A stretch of 64,000 bases of DNA. Source: an uncultured bacterium (GTDB lineage Bacteria > Zhuqueibacterota > QNDG01 > DTFT01). The notes under the pieces were generated by a model. It was not told the origin of the DNA and searched no databases. It worked only from the letters and a program-made list of their open reading frames with translations. The position numbers and the translations under genes are program-made. Location of the stretch: the NCBI GenBank assembly GCA_963736115.1, contig CAVTNR010000012.1, forward strand, positions 32,001 through 96,000, written 5' to 3'. Below, in pieces: positions 27,925-37,942 of the stretch; within the stretch, counting starts at the first letter, position 1, and each line of letters begins with the position of its first letter.

Positions 27925-30900
27925 TCACTGCCGGATCCGGATCCCGAGGTTGCCGGTCAAACCGTAATGCTTGACGTTCGTGAAGCCGTCGATGGATCTC
28001 TGCGCCGACTCGTTCTTCCGGTTGTTGAGATTGTTCACGTCGAGATAGACCTCCATGCCGAGGAACGGCAGGGTCTGCCTTACAGAGGCGTCGATGCGGA
28101 AATAATCCCGCGTATACCCATCCTGCTCCGCAAAGGCGCCCACGTAACTGACGGAGTTGCCCTGGAACAGGAAGGACACGCGCGCCGAGAACCCCTTGAT
28201 TTCATATCCGGCGTACGCGTTCAGCAGATCGTTCGGCTGATACAGCAGGCGGCCTTCGCGCGTGCTGTCAGTCGTCGTGGTGACCGGCGGACGGGTCGAG
28301 TAATCGGTCCGCTCGTCGCGCAGGGGATACGTGGCTTCCGATTCGATCTTGGTGTAGTTGATTCCGAACAACAGCCCGTCCAGCCCGTAGGGCAGATACC
28401 AGAGCCGGGTCTGAAAGTCCACTTCAAAGCCCTTCACGCGGGCCGCATAGGGGCTGTTGATATAGGTGTACAGCGTGGCCCCGTCCTCGGGTTTGCTGCC
28501 CATGATGTTGAAGTCGTTAATCGTCTTGATGTCCTTTGAAACCGCCGTTTTATGGAGGATATAGGTGGTGTAGTAGGTGAAATCCTCAATGGTCTTGTAG
28601 AATCCGCCCACGGTGAAAAGACCCAGCTTGTTGCTGTGCGTGGTCAGGATCAGGTCGTGGTTATAGGCATGCGCCGGCTTCAGATTCGGATTTCCGGCCC
28701 GGATGTTCTTCCTGGGGTTGTCATAGGTGATCTTGGGGGACATCTGGTGATAGTCGGGTCTGGCCAGGGTCTGCGTATACGCGTAACGCACGTCGAACCA
28801 GTCGAACGGCGCGAACTTGGCCTGCACCATGGGAAGCCAGAATTCGCTGTTCGGATGGGCGACGACCGTATCGCAGTTCTGCGAATCCGGGTTGCGCATA
28901 TCGTACATGTTGAAGGCTTTGTATTTCGATTCCGTTCTCTCATAACGGGCGCCGCCGACCAGCATGACTTTCTTGAAGTTGAGTTCAGACATCAGATATG
29001 TGGCATAGTAGTCTTCGTCGTACCGGTAGGTATTCGCCAGTTGCTGGAACATGCCGTTGTACCATCCGCCCGTCTGATCCGCTCCGCCGGTGGCTTTCCC
29101 GGCCCATTGCGGGGATCCGGACAGATATCTGGCCATGTCGGTCGGAATCCGGGGATCGCTCGCCCAGAAAATACTTCCGAACTGATCGTCCAGGAAGGGC
29201 CGGGTGAGCTCCGAACCGCCAATGAAATTCGATCCCGCGAACTTGGCCGTCGCCGGATCGACCGCGACCCCGAACCGCTGCGAGAGATCATTGACCATGG
29301 CCGTCTGGAACTCGCCGCTGGACCGGATGCTCGCGTAGGGCGTCTGCTGATCGTTGCTGTTTTTCTGGAACCGGTACACGCCGCCGACTTTCAGGAATCC
29401 CGAAAGGGCCGAACTCAGGTTGAACGGGAATTTCAGGTTCGAGTAAAAGGCCGTATTGTTCTCTTTATAGAGGGAGCTGAACAAATTGATGTTGTCGAGG
29501 TACACCAGGTCGGCGCCCGGATAGGCCCACAGTTTCTTCAGGCTGTCGGGAATGGTATTCGATGTGACGGGGCCCGTGGTCACCTGGCCGGTCTTGAATT
29601 CGACAAACGGGGATTCGGGCAGGCTATTTTTGGAGGAGGCGTGCGAGGCCTTCAGGTCGAATGAAAACCGCTTGAAATCGTTCTTCCACTCGATCGAATT
29701 CATGGTCAGGTCGGTGGTGTTGACGCCCTCGCGGTACGTGAAGTTCAGTTGCTTGTCGAAATAATTCAGGACCGTGCGGTTGTCCTGGAAATCGGACTTG
29801 AGCCGCGTGGCCATATTCACGGACTTGATGGTGCCGGACGGCAGTTTGTAATCGAATATCAGGTTGCCGCCCATGCGGTTGCGGGTTTCAAGATGCCGGT
29901 TGAGCGGCACCTGGGTCACGCTGACAGGCCGGTAACCCGTGGCCGGATCGACATTCTTGCTGTCCGTCTTGTAGTTGGCGCTCATATTGTCGTCGTCCCG
30001 GTCGTATTTCTCGATATTCCCCAGAAAATAGACGCCGAGCTTGTCCTCGAAAAACCGCTTGCTGACGGATCCGACCGTTCTGAAATTGCCGTAGTTTTCG
30101 GTTTTGTCGGTGTAACCGGACTGCCACAGGAGGTCGTAATGCAGTTCCGACGGCGCTTCGCGCAGTTCCATGTTCACCGATCCGCCGATGGAGTTGGCGT
30201 CCATGTCCGGCGTCAGGGATTTGAAGACGGAGATGGATTTGATCATATACGGAGAGACCATGGTGAGGTCGACGCTGCGGTCATTGGAGAGGTTCCCCGC
30301 GGTGTTGCCCAGGGCCGACACGCCCATCTGGGTGCTCCCCGTGGATGTGAGCTTGACACCCTCGACGGTCACCAGGTTGAACTGGGGCGCCAGCCCGCGG
30401 ATGACGATTTTATTCGCCTCGCCCGAACTTTCAAGAGTCGAAACACCCGGCAGGCGGCTGATGGCCTGCGCGGCATTGAAGTCCGGAAGCTCCTGTATTC
30501 TCGCCTCGCCGACCATGCTGGCGATTTTGTCCGATGACAGCTGGAGGTTGATGCCCTGCATCTGGCCCAGGGCCTGGGCGCTGACCTCGACCGGCTTGCC
30601 CTGGATAGCGACGGATTGAAGGGCGAAATCCTTCTGCACCGTGCCGTCCTCCGGAACGTTCAGCACAACGGTCATGGAAGTGTATCCGATGAAGGAGACA
30701 ACCAGCGTCCGCTCGCCTTCCGGCACATTGGATATCGTGAAGGCGCCGTTCAAATCAGTGGCGGCCCCGAGGCTGGTTCCCCTGACAAAGACATTCGCGC
30801 CCGGAAGCGCATCCTTGCTCTCCCTGGCAGTCACTTTTCCCCGGATGGTTCCGGCTGACAGAACGGAATGGAAGGCCGTCAGTAAAACAATTCCCGCCAG

Positions 30901-30984
30901 CACAAAATTGACGCGCGAACAAAGACCGGCGCGATTCCGTCCGGATCCATCCGCTGATCCGGGAAGACCAGTTTTGTTTTTCAT
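27925..30984 (-). CDS. TonB-dependent receptor with N-terminal carboxypeptidase-regulatory-like domain
   Basis: LPGANVFV...GAATDLNG, plug RLPGVS...IRGL, VFKSLTPDMDANSIGGSVN, GNPNLKP, NNLNN. Confidence 0.93.
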   Translation of the reverse strand: MKNKTGLPGSADGSGRNRAGLCSRVNFVLAGIVLLTAFHSVLSAGTIRGKVTARESKDALPGANVFVRGTSLGAATDLNGAFTISNVPEGERTLVVSFIGYTSMTVVLNVPEDGTVQKDFALQSVAIQGKPVEVSAQALGQMQGINLQLSSDKIASMVGEARIQELPDFNAAQAISRLPGVSTLESSGEANKIVIRGLAPQFNLVTVEGVKLTSTGSTQMGVSALGNTAGNLSNDRSVDLTMVSPYMIKSISVFKSLTPDMDANSIGGSVNMELREAPSELHYDLLWQSGYTDKTENYGNFRTVGSVSKRFFEDKLGVYFLGNIEKYDRDDDNMSANYKTDSKNVDPATGYRPVSVTQVPLNRHLETRNRMGGNLIFDYKLPSGTIKSVNMATRLKSDFQDNRTVLNYFDKQLNFTYREGVNTTDLTMNSIEWKNDFKRFSFDLKASHASSKNSLPESPFVEFKTGQVTTGPVTSNTIPDSLKKLWAYPGADLVYLDNINLFSSLYKENNTAFYSNLKFPFNLSSALSGFLKVGGVYRFQKNSNDQQTPYASIRSSGEFQTAMVNDLSQRFGVAVDPATAKFAGSNFIGGSELTRPFLDDQFGSIFWASDPRIPTDMARYLSGSPQWAGKATGGADQTGGWYNGMFQQLANTYRYDEDYYATYLMSELNFKKVMLVGGARYERTESKYKAFNMYDMRNPDSQNCDTVVAHPNSEFWLPMVQAKFAPFDWFDVRYAYTQTLARPDYHQMSPKITYDNPRKNIRAGNPNLKPAHAYNHDLILTTHSNKLGLFTVGGFYKTIEDFTYYTTYILHKTAVSKDIKTINDFNIMGSKPEDGATLYTYINSPYAARVKGFEVDFQTRLWYLPYGLDGLLFGINYTKIESEATYPLRDERTDYSTRPPVTTTTDSTREGRLLYQPNDLLNAYAGYEIKGFSARVSFLFQGNSVSYVGAFAEQDGYTRDYFRIDASVRQTLPFLGMEVYLDVNNLNNRKNESAQRSIDGFTNVKHYGLTGNLGIRIRQ

Positions 30985-31030
30985 AAAGACACTTCCTTGG
31001 TTAGGTTGTGTTTGTGTTTTCGGCTATCAG

Positions 31031-31043
31031 GTTATCATACAAC
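31031..31043. promoter_or_regulatory. Candidate GntR/FadR-type operator upstream of the TBDR
   Basis: Imperfect palindrome GTTATCATACAAC, 47 bp upstream of the TBDR start. Confidence 0.4.
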
Positions 31044-31526
31044 AGGTGTGATCAATCTTCGAATGGCGCCGGGTGAAGTCCCGGTATCTTTGATGGTTCG
31101 TAAAACCGGACAAGCGAACCGGTTTAGCATCAATAGTAAAGGCAATGCGCCTCGTCTTTTGATGGGACGATTACAGAAAATGGTGTCGGTATTAAATTTC
31201 GGGGTATTAGAGCCTTGATGTTATTTTAACATGTTAAATCACATCACAGCAGATCACTCTTGAGATACTTTAAAAAGTAGTTTTAAATTTCGAAAAAAGC
31301 AAGTAAAAAAAAACTTTTACTAAACCTTATCCATTTTTATACTTTAGATTCATCCTGCGCCAGTCAGTTCATCATTGTTCGCGCGTTTCGGAGTAGGGCT
31401 TCAGAGGTTACTGTGATGTGATGTTCGTTTTTGCGCATCGAATCTTTTCGTGAATATTCAATCATTAAAGGAATCATATTTTTATACCCGCAGGCCATTT
31501 CGGCTCCGCTTCCGCGGCCATCCGGA

Positions 31527-33023
31527 TCATGACCGTATCTTCTTCAGCGCCGGATGCATCCGGACATAGGCGCGGAAAAGCCTGTCGTAAATCCTCCGGT
31601 TCTTCGGGTCCGGCTCAATGCGTTGACCGGGGCCTGTCATAGCCTTCGCCGCCTGCCTGAAGGTGCGGTGCCATCCGGCGGCCACGGAAGCGGAAATGGC
31701 GGCGCCCAGGGCCGATGCTTCTCCGATCCGGGGAATGCGTATGCGCTTTCCCGTGACATCCGCGAGAATGCGGCGCCACAGGATGCTGGCCGCGCCCCCT
31801 CCGATGACAATGCATTCCCGTACCTTGGAGCCTGCCGCCTTCTCGACCGCTTCGATCGCGAACCTCTGCTCAAAGGCAATGCCCTCGAGCATGGAACGGT
31901 ACAGATGTCCGCGGTAGTGAGACGCGGACAGCCCGACGAACGCCCCGGCCGCGTCCATGTCCCAGTACGGATTCATGGCGCCGCACAAATAGGGCAGGTA
32001 CAGAACGCCCCCGCTGCCGACCCCGGACTTCCGGGCTTCCTCCTCCAGCTTCCGGTAGATTCCGGTTTCCCGGTTCGGCTCGATTAAAAGGACATTGCGG
32101 ATGAACCAGTCCGTCGAGAACGTGCCCGCCCTGAGGCTGCATTCGTAAACATATCCGTCTTCACAGCAGGCGGTCATGGTCCGGAATGCGCGAAGGAAGC
32201 GGTACCGGGGGTTGTACACGCCGGCCACCACGGCCGTGCCGAGGTTGACATACGCGACCGAAGGCGACAAGGCATTGACGCCCAAACCCGCGGCCTGACC
32301 GTCCCCGCCGCCCGCCGCGACGGGCGTGCCGGGCCTGAGTCCGGTCTTTTTCGAGGCTTCGGTCGTGATCCGACCGATGATCGTCCCCGGCCTGAAAGCC
32401 GCAGGCAGACGGTCCGCGGACAGACCCAGCGCGGACAGGATGACGGGCGACCAGATCTTGCGCCTCGTGTCGAACAGGCCCAACGGATCCGCGGCCGCCC
32501 AGCTGGTCGCGAAAACGCCGGTCAGCCGACGCACCAGCCAGGACTGCACGTCGCAGAACATCGCGGTCCTGCGGAACCGGCCGGGTTCGTGTTTTTTCAT
32601 CCAGGCCAGGCGGTATACGACCGGCGCGTAATCGACCGGCTTTCCGGTGATGCGGTGCAGAACGGCCGGCCCGACAACCCGGCTGAAAGGCCCGACGACG
32701 TCCCTGCAGCGCTCATCGAGCCACACAATGGCCGGCCTTACCGGCCTGTCCGAACGATCCAGGGCGACGAATGTCTCCCGCTGATTGGAAATGGCCAGTG
32801 CCTCTATACGGTCCGGACCGACTTCTCGGCACACCCCCGCGAGAGCCCCGGCCGCGGAAGCCCACCAGTCCTCCGGATCCTGCTCATACGCGCCCGGAAC
32901 CGGCGAGGACAGCGCAATGGGACGGCTGGCCCGGCTGACGATACGGCCCTTCGCGTCAAATGCGATGACCTTGGTCGCCGTGGTGCTGGAATCCAGGCCT
33001 ATAACCAGACCGCATTTTTTCAT
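31527..33023 (-). CDS. FGGY-family carbohydrate kinase (xylulokinase-like)
   Basis: IGLDSSTTATK, ISNQRET, WLDER, GGGDGQAA, LEGIAF, GGGA; start at MKKCGL. Confidence 0.9.
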   Translation of the reverse strand: MKKCGLVIGLDSSTTATKVIAFDAKGRIVSRASRPIALSSPVPGAYEQDPEDWWASAAGALAGVCREVGPDRIEALAISNQRETFVALDRSDRPVRPAIVWLDERCRDVVGPFSRVVGPAVLHRITGKPVDYAPVVYRLAWMKKHEPGRFRRTAMFCDVQSWLVRRLTGVFATSWAAADPLGLFDTRRKIWSPVILSALGLSADRLPAAFRPGTIIGRITTEASKKTGLRPGTPVAAGGGDGQAAGLGVNALSPSVAYVNLGTAVVAGVYNPRYRFLRAFRTMTACCEDGYVYECSLRAGTFSTDWFIRNVLLIEPNRETGIYRKLEEEARKSGVGSGGVLYLPYLCGAMNPYWDMDAAGAFVGLSASHYRGHLYRSMLEGIAFEQRFAIEAVEKAAGSKVRECIVIGGGAASILWRRILADVTGKRIRIPRIGEASALGAAISASVAAGWHRTFRQAAKAMTGPGQRIEPDPKNRRIYDRLFRAYVRMHPALKKIRS

Positions 33024-33037
33024 GGACACTTTCCCGC

Positions 33038-34096
33038 TCACGGCCGGCCTTCCCCTTCCCTGTCGATGCGGATCATGGCTTTCATGACTCCGTCCGTGTA
33101 TCCGGCCGCGGTTTCGAATGCGTCCGCGGTTTGCGCCAGCGGAAAAATATGCGTCGCCATGGCGTCCATGTCGACTCTGCGGCTTTCCAGCAGGTCGAGC
33201 GCCTTTTCCGTGCACCCGGCTTGCCGGCGGATGTTCAGAAGGGTGATTTCCTTCCGCCTCAGTTCGTGTATGGGCAGAGTGAGCGCGTCCGATTCCGGAA
33301 TGCCGATCTGCACGAGCGTGCCTCCGGGCTTGAGCAGACGAACCGCCTGGCTGACGGCTTCCGGATCTCCGGAACACTCAAAGACCACGTCCAGTTGAAG
33401 CGGCTCAAGCCGCAGGATTTCATCCACCGCGTCGGGATTGTCCGGAAAGCCCGCCCATTTCGGATTGAGTGCGGCCGCGAAACCGAGCCGCGATTCGATT
33501 CTGTCCGTGATGTACAGAGCGCCGGCATTCCGTGTCCGGAGCACGTGGAGCACGGACATCCCGATGGGACCCGCGCCCAGCACAGCGGCCGAACCGCCTT
33601 CAGGGAGACGGGATTTTTCAACCGAATACACGGCAATGGCCAGCGGCTCGGACAGAACCGCGCGTTCAAAGGAGGTTCCGCCCCCGACCGGGAAACAACA
33701 GGTCTCGGGAAGCACGGCGAATTCGCGGAGCGCTCCGTCCAGCTGTTTCGGACATCCGACGAACAGCAGATTTCTGCAGGTGTTCTCACGACCGGACCGG
33801 CACTGGTCGCACCGGCCACATGCCGCGGTCGGATCGATGGCCACGCGCTGTCCGGCCTTCACCCGGGTGACGGCCTTTCCGGTCCGTTCGACCGTTCCCG
33901 CGGCCTCATGCCCGAGGATGAACGGGAACTCGATGACCTGATGCCCGATCCGTCCGGTTCTGTAGTAATGGACGTCCGAACCGCAGACGCCCACCATCCG
34001 GATGCGGACGAGCACGTCGGTGTCATTCACGATTTCAGGATCCGGGATGTCCCGGATTTCGAATTTCCGGATGGCCGTTAAAAATGCAGCCCTCAT
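33038..34096 (-). CDS. Zn-dependent polyol (sorbitol/xylitol-type) dehydrogenase
   Basis: GVCGSDVH, LGHE, CGRCDQCRSGRENTC, GAGPIG. Confidence 0.9.
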   Translation of the reverse strand: MRAAFLTAIRKFEIRDIPDPEIVNDTDVLVRIRMVGVCGSDVHYYRTGRIGHQVIEFPFILGHEAAGTVERTGKAVTRVKAGQRVAIDPTAACGRCDQCRSGRENTCRNLLFVGCPKQLDGALREFAVLPETCCFPVGGGTSFERAVLSEPLAIAVYSVEKSRLPEGGSAAVLGAGPIGMSVLHVLRTRNAGALYITDRIESRLGFAAALNPKWAGFPDNPDAVDEILRLEPLQLDVVFECSGDPEAVSQAVRLLKPGGTLVQIGIPESDALTLPIHELRRKEITLLNIRRQAGCTEKALDLLESRRVDMDAMATHIFPLAQTADAFETAAGYTDGVMKAMIRIDREGEGRP

Positions 34097-34097
34097 G

Positions 34098-35099
34098 TCA
34101 TTCGCCTCGTTTTAGGGACGACACCGCGGGTAAATCCCCGGAGTCCCAGGGGGACTCCCCGGGGTTATCGGATTTGAAGACCTCCCCTTCATCCGTGACC
34201 AGAATGGCCTGCACGTCCGGATGCGTCCGGCAGAAGGAAAGCACAGCCTCCGGTTCCATGACCATGAAAGCCGTGGACAGACCATCCGCAGTCGCCGCGT
34301 CGTCCGCGAAAGCCCAGGCCGCAATACGCGACTGGGCCGGATGCCCGGTGCGCGGGTCAATGATATGCAGTCCCTTCTCCAGGCCGGACGCGGCCATGGC
34401 TCTTTCGCTCAGCTCCATGCGTCGGATGAGGCCGGCTGTCTCCGCCTCCGGGACAGGGAAATCCGGAACACCGGCTGGTCGGCGCAAAGTGACGGGCCAG
34501 CCGGACAATCCTTCGGGCCTGCCGGTCGCGACCACCGCGCTCTGACCGCCGTGCACCAGTACATCGGCGATGTCCCATTCTTTCAGAACATCGATCATGC
34601 GGTCCACCGCGTATCCCTTGCCGATGCCGCCGAGATCCAGAAGGGCGCGGCTCAAGACGCGGACCTCAAATGTGTCTCTGTTCAGAACAAGGCGGGGAGA
34701 ATCCGCAATCCGGTTTGGAGAATCGGACGATTCCTCATCCGGTTCTTCCCCGCCGCTTCCGGCCGTGACGTCAAATGCGCCTCCGGTCATCGCCTGTATC
34801 TCCAGGCCGCGGCGGATACATTCGTATGTATCCGCGCAGACGCGCACGGACGCGCCGGCCTCAAGCTTGTTGATGCGCGACACATCGCTGTTCGGAATAA
34901 ATCGGCTGAATTCCAATTCGAGATTTTCCGCCGTCCTGAACGCCTCATGCGCGGCCTGCTCCGCAACCGCAGGATCCGGCCCTGGCGCCAGAATCACCTC
35001 AAAAGCTGTGTGCATGAGATCCCGTCGGAAGCGAAGGAGTCCCTTGATTCCGGAGAAGCGGGTCATGGCACCGGTACTGTTCGTAAAATCAGGGGTCAT
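34098..35099 (-). CDS. apbE: FAD:protein FMN transferase (ApbE family)
   Basis: FSRFIPNSDVSRIN, GAFDVT, LDLGGIGKGYAVD, HIIDPRTG, ADGLSTA; start chosen for the ATGA overlap. Confidence 0.88.
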   Translation of the reverse strand: MTPDFTNSTGAMTRFSGIKGLLRFRRDLMHTAFEVILAPGPDPAVAEQAAHEAFRTAENLELEFSRFIPNSDVSRINKLEAGASVRVCADTYECIRRGLEIQAMTGGAFDVTAGSGGEEPDEESSDSPNRIADSPRLVLNRDTFEVRVLSRALLDLGGIGKGYAVDRMIDVLKEWDIADVLVHGGQSAVVATGRPEGLSGWPVTLRRPAGVPDFPVPEAETAGLIRRMELSERAMAASGLEKGLHIIDPRTGHPAQSRIAAWAFADDAATADGLSTAFMVMEPEAVLSFCRTHPDVQAILVTDEGEVFKSDNPGESPWDSGDLPAVSSLKRGE

Positions 35100-36727
35100 C
35101 GGGTCATGCGGTCCGCGACATCCTTCCGCGCCCATCCTTCGACCGCAACCCCGGGCCTGATCTCCATGGGTCTGTCGAAGAGCGGCACGAAGAGAAAGCG
35201 CTCACCGGGAGGAGGGGTTTCGATCAGCCAGTGCCCGAGCCTGTCCCTCTGTTCAGGGACCGATAGAACGACTGCCGGCCTGGAAGCGGCCGCGTCCACG
35301 GTGTCGCGCCATGCGACCGCGTTCAGCCGGCGCAGGGACCAGGGCAGGGGCCAGTATCCGTGTTCCGGCACGATTACATCGACACGAAGTTCCCGGCCTT
35401 CAGGAGACGCGTCAGCCGCGGCCATGACGGATTCGGACAGGATATCGAGGTCCTCACCGGGGTGGCTGTACACATACGGGTTTCTGGGATCGGAGTCAAA
35501 AGCCGTGACCGCCAAAAGGGACTGGCGGAGCAGAAAAACCGCTGAAGCCGCAAAAGCGAGAAACGCGGCATTTCTCCGCACGGGTCCGGAGAACCGGCGC
35601 AGCAGATGACCGAGCCCCATCCCGGCCAGGATCATCCATCCGCCCCAGAACAGGAGCAGGTTCCACGGCGTTTTGTACGGGATCATACTCACCGCAACCG
35701 TCAGGAAAACCGTGAACAGAACGAGAAAACGGGACGCCGCTCTCTCGGGCGCACGGAGCTGCTTTCCGCCTGAGCCGAAAACGGACGCGATTCCAATGAA
35801 GCCGAAAATCAGGACCGGCGCCTCGGACCACACGGGACCGGTTCGCGCTTTCCACCATCCCAGAATGTGGAAGTAATAAAACCAGGGATGAAGGTGCTTG
35901 GACTCCCCGGCGCGGCTGAAATAGGCGCCGTACGCCAGCAGGGAATCGCGTATGCCGGCGGGATGACTGAAAAACGAAGAGAAGAAAAGGCCGGAAACAA
36001 AGGCGGCGCAGGCCAGGCCGGCCGCGGCATGCGCCCAGTTCGGTTTCGGACGATCCGCCGCCTTTCCCCGTCCGAAGAACAAAAGGATGAGCCCCGCGGC
36101 TGCCGCGGCGGCCCAGGCGATCACGCAGGTTTCCTTGGTCGCGTGCATCAGGCCGGCGCAGAGCCCCGCGGCAGCGGCCCATGCAAAAGATGGACGCAGG
36201 CTGTAGCGGACCACGCACGTGACCAGGCCCGCGGCAAAGAACAGAAGAAGGGATTCCTGGATGTAATAGCGGCTGTAGAAGACGAGAGACGGGGAAACAG
36301 CCGCGAACAGCATTGCGCCGAGAACGGCTGTTCTGCCGATGACCGGAATCAGGAGGAGCATCCACAGCAGGAGCGCGGTTCCGAAAAAAGCGGGAACGAA
36401 ACGGAGCGTTTGTTCGGTCAGATCCTCGAATTTTCTCTGTCCGGACAAAAGCGCGGGAACGAGCGTCAAATAATTGAGCGTGGGGCCGTGGTACTCCTGC
36501 GGGTCATAGGCGTACCCGCGGCCTTCGAGCAGACCGCCGAACTTGACCGCGTGCACGGCCTCGTCCGTGTGCATGGGCCTGCCTGCCAGGCCCGCGAAAC
36601 GCAGGCCCGCGGCAAGGCCGATCGCCAGCAGGACAGCGGCAATTGTTTTTTTCGGATCCGGCAATGTCCGCCCGCGAGGGGGGCGCCGGGCCGCCGCCGG
36701 CCGCGCGCCCCGCTCCGAAACCGGCAC
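35096..36727 (-). CDS. Agl23/TIGR03663-like GT-C-fold membrane protein
   Basis: PMHTDEAVH, YDPQEYHGPTL, FYSRYYIQE, HATKET, IPYKTPW, YWPLPW; many TM helices. The start may be TTG at 36664. Confidence 0.8.
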   Translation of the reverse strand: MPVSERGARPAAARRPPRGRTLPDPKKTIAAVLLAIGLAAGLRFAGLAGRPMHTDEAVHAVKFGGLLEGRGYAYDPQEYHGPTLNYLTLVPALLSGQRKFEDLTEQTLRFVPAFFGTALLLWMLLLIPVIGRTAVLGAMLFAAVSPSLVFYSRYYIQESLLLFFAAGLVTCVVRYSLRPSFAWAAAAGLCAGLMHATKETCVIAWAAAAAAGLILLFFGRGKAADRPKPNWAHAAAGLACAAFVSGLFFSSFFSHPAGIRDSLLAYGAYFSRAGESKHLHPWFYYFHILGWWKARTGPVWSEAPVLIFGFIGIASVFGSGGKQLRAPERAASRFLVLFTVFLTVAVSMIPYKTPWNLLLFWGGWMILAGMGLGHLLRRFSGPVRRNAAFLAFAASAVFLLRQSLLAVTAFDSDPRNPYVYSHPGEDLDILSESVMAAADASPEGRELRVDVIVPEHGYWPLPWSLRRLNAVAWRDTVDAAASRPAVVLSVPEQRDRLGHWLIETPPPGERFLFVPLFDRPMEIRPGVAVEGWARKDVADRMTR

Positions 36728-36730
36728 GCC

Positions 36731-37411
36731 TCACTTCAGGGGCTTGCCGTACACTTCCACTTCAATGAAGTGGTTCAGTTCATTGTTGTTGTTGCCGCAG
36801 GAGTGAAGCCGCACGTACCGGGCCTTCACGCCCTTCGCGTCAATGAGCCTGCCCTCGGAAGTCTCGACGTAGTTCTTGTCGGTTCCTGCGCCGAGCTTCA
36901 GCGAGTTGTTGACGTCGTTGTTGAACAGCGTGTGGATGCCCTTCGTGAACGCCGCGTCCTCCGCGGTCTGGACGACCACGTCGAAATACACGCGCGGCTG
37001 CTGGTGAAAGTGCCAGACGACCACGGCGTAGAGCGTGCTCACGGCGCCGAGATCCACGGTGACGTGCTGGTGCATGGGGCCCAGTTCGACGTAACTGCCG
37101 TCCGCGCCCTCCTTGTCGCCGTCCGTGATCTGGCTGATCTCTCCGATGATGGGCGCGTCATCCGTGCTGATGACGGGCTTGTTCAACGCCAGGTTCCGCG
37201 TGCCCGCGGGCGCGAGAAAGGCCGGCCTGGGGCCGCCGGCCGGCTTTTCCAGGTTCGGCACGCGCAGGTTCTGCGGCGTGCCCACGAACATGGGCTTTGG
37301 CAGTTTGATGTCCAGCGGCTTGAGCGCCTGGCCGGACACGGGCACGGCGCATGCCGCGGTCGCGAACAGGGCGGCCGCGACCCACCCGGGGAAACGGATG
37401 CGTTTCTTCAT
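36731..37411 (-). CDS. Exported discoidin/F5-8 type C-like protein
   Basis: Signal peptide, KLPKPMFVGTP, NLALNKPV...ITDGD...VDLG...ARYVRL...EVEVYG. Confidence 0.8.
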   Translation of the reverse strand: MKKRIRFPGWVAAALFATAACAVPVSGQALKPLDIKLPKPMFVGTPQNLRVPNLEKPAGGPRPAFLAPAGTRNLALNKPVISTDDAPIIGEISQITDGDKEGADGSYVELGPMHQHVTVDLGAVSTLYAVVVWHFHQQPRVYFDVVVQTAEDAAFTKGIHTLFNNDVNNSLKLGAGTDKNYVETSEGRLIDAKGVKARYVRLHSCGNNNNELNHFIEVEVYGKPLK

Positions 37412-37941
37412 GACTTCGGACTCCTTTTCCGGAACCAGTGCGCGAGCAGGCGGTCCAATCCGGCGAAACGCCCCGTGGACGTCACCGCGATGACGAGCAG
37501 GGCCGCGAGCTCGACGATATTCTTGTTCACGACGAGGTAATTCCCCTCCATGGGAATGCTGTAGTAAAGCCCGGGCAGGGGCGGATTGCACACGTAGTAC
37601 AGGAGGATGAGGAGCATGCCCGCGCAGGCCGCGAGTCGCGTGAACGCGCCGGCAATGAGGCCCAGGCCGACGGCGATGAGGCCCCATATATTCATGGCAT
37701 TGACGACCGCCAGCACGTCCGGTGTGTTCGCCATCCACTTGAAGACCGGGGCCAGCAGCCACTTCGACTGGAGCAGGTATCCGGCCGCGGACCAGTTCGC
37801 CTTGAGCAATTTGGCCAGTCCCTCATAGAGGAAGTGCCATCCGATCGCGACGCGCATCACGGTCAGCGCAATGAGCGTCAGCCGGTCGCCCGAAGCGTTT
37901 TCGTCCCGGACCTGGTGCGGGATGCGGGTGAAGGGGGCCAT
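37408..37941 (-). CDS. DoxX family membrane protein
   Basis: LTVMRVAIGWHFLYEGLAK...WSAAGYL...EGNYLVVNKN...GLDR. Confidence 0.88.
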   Translation of the reverse strand: MAPFTRIPHQVRDENASGDRLTLIALTVMRVAIGWHFLYEGLAKLLKANWSAAGYLLQSKWLLAPVFKWMANTPDVLAVVNAMNIWGLIAVGLGLIAGAFTRLAACAGMLLILLYYVCNPPLPGLYYSIPMEGNYLVVNKNIVELAALLVIAVTSTGRFAGLDRLLAHWFRKRSPKS

Positions 37942-37942
37942 G

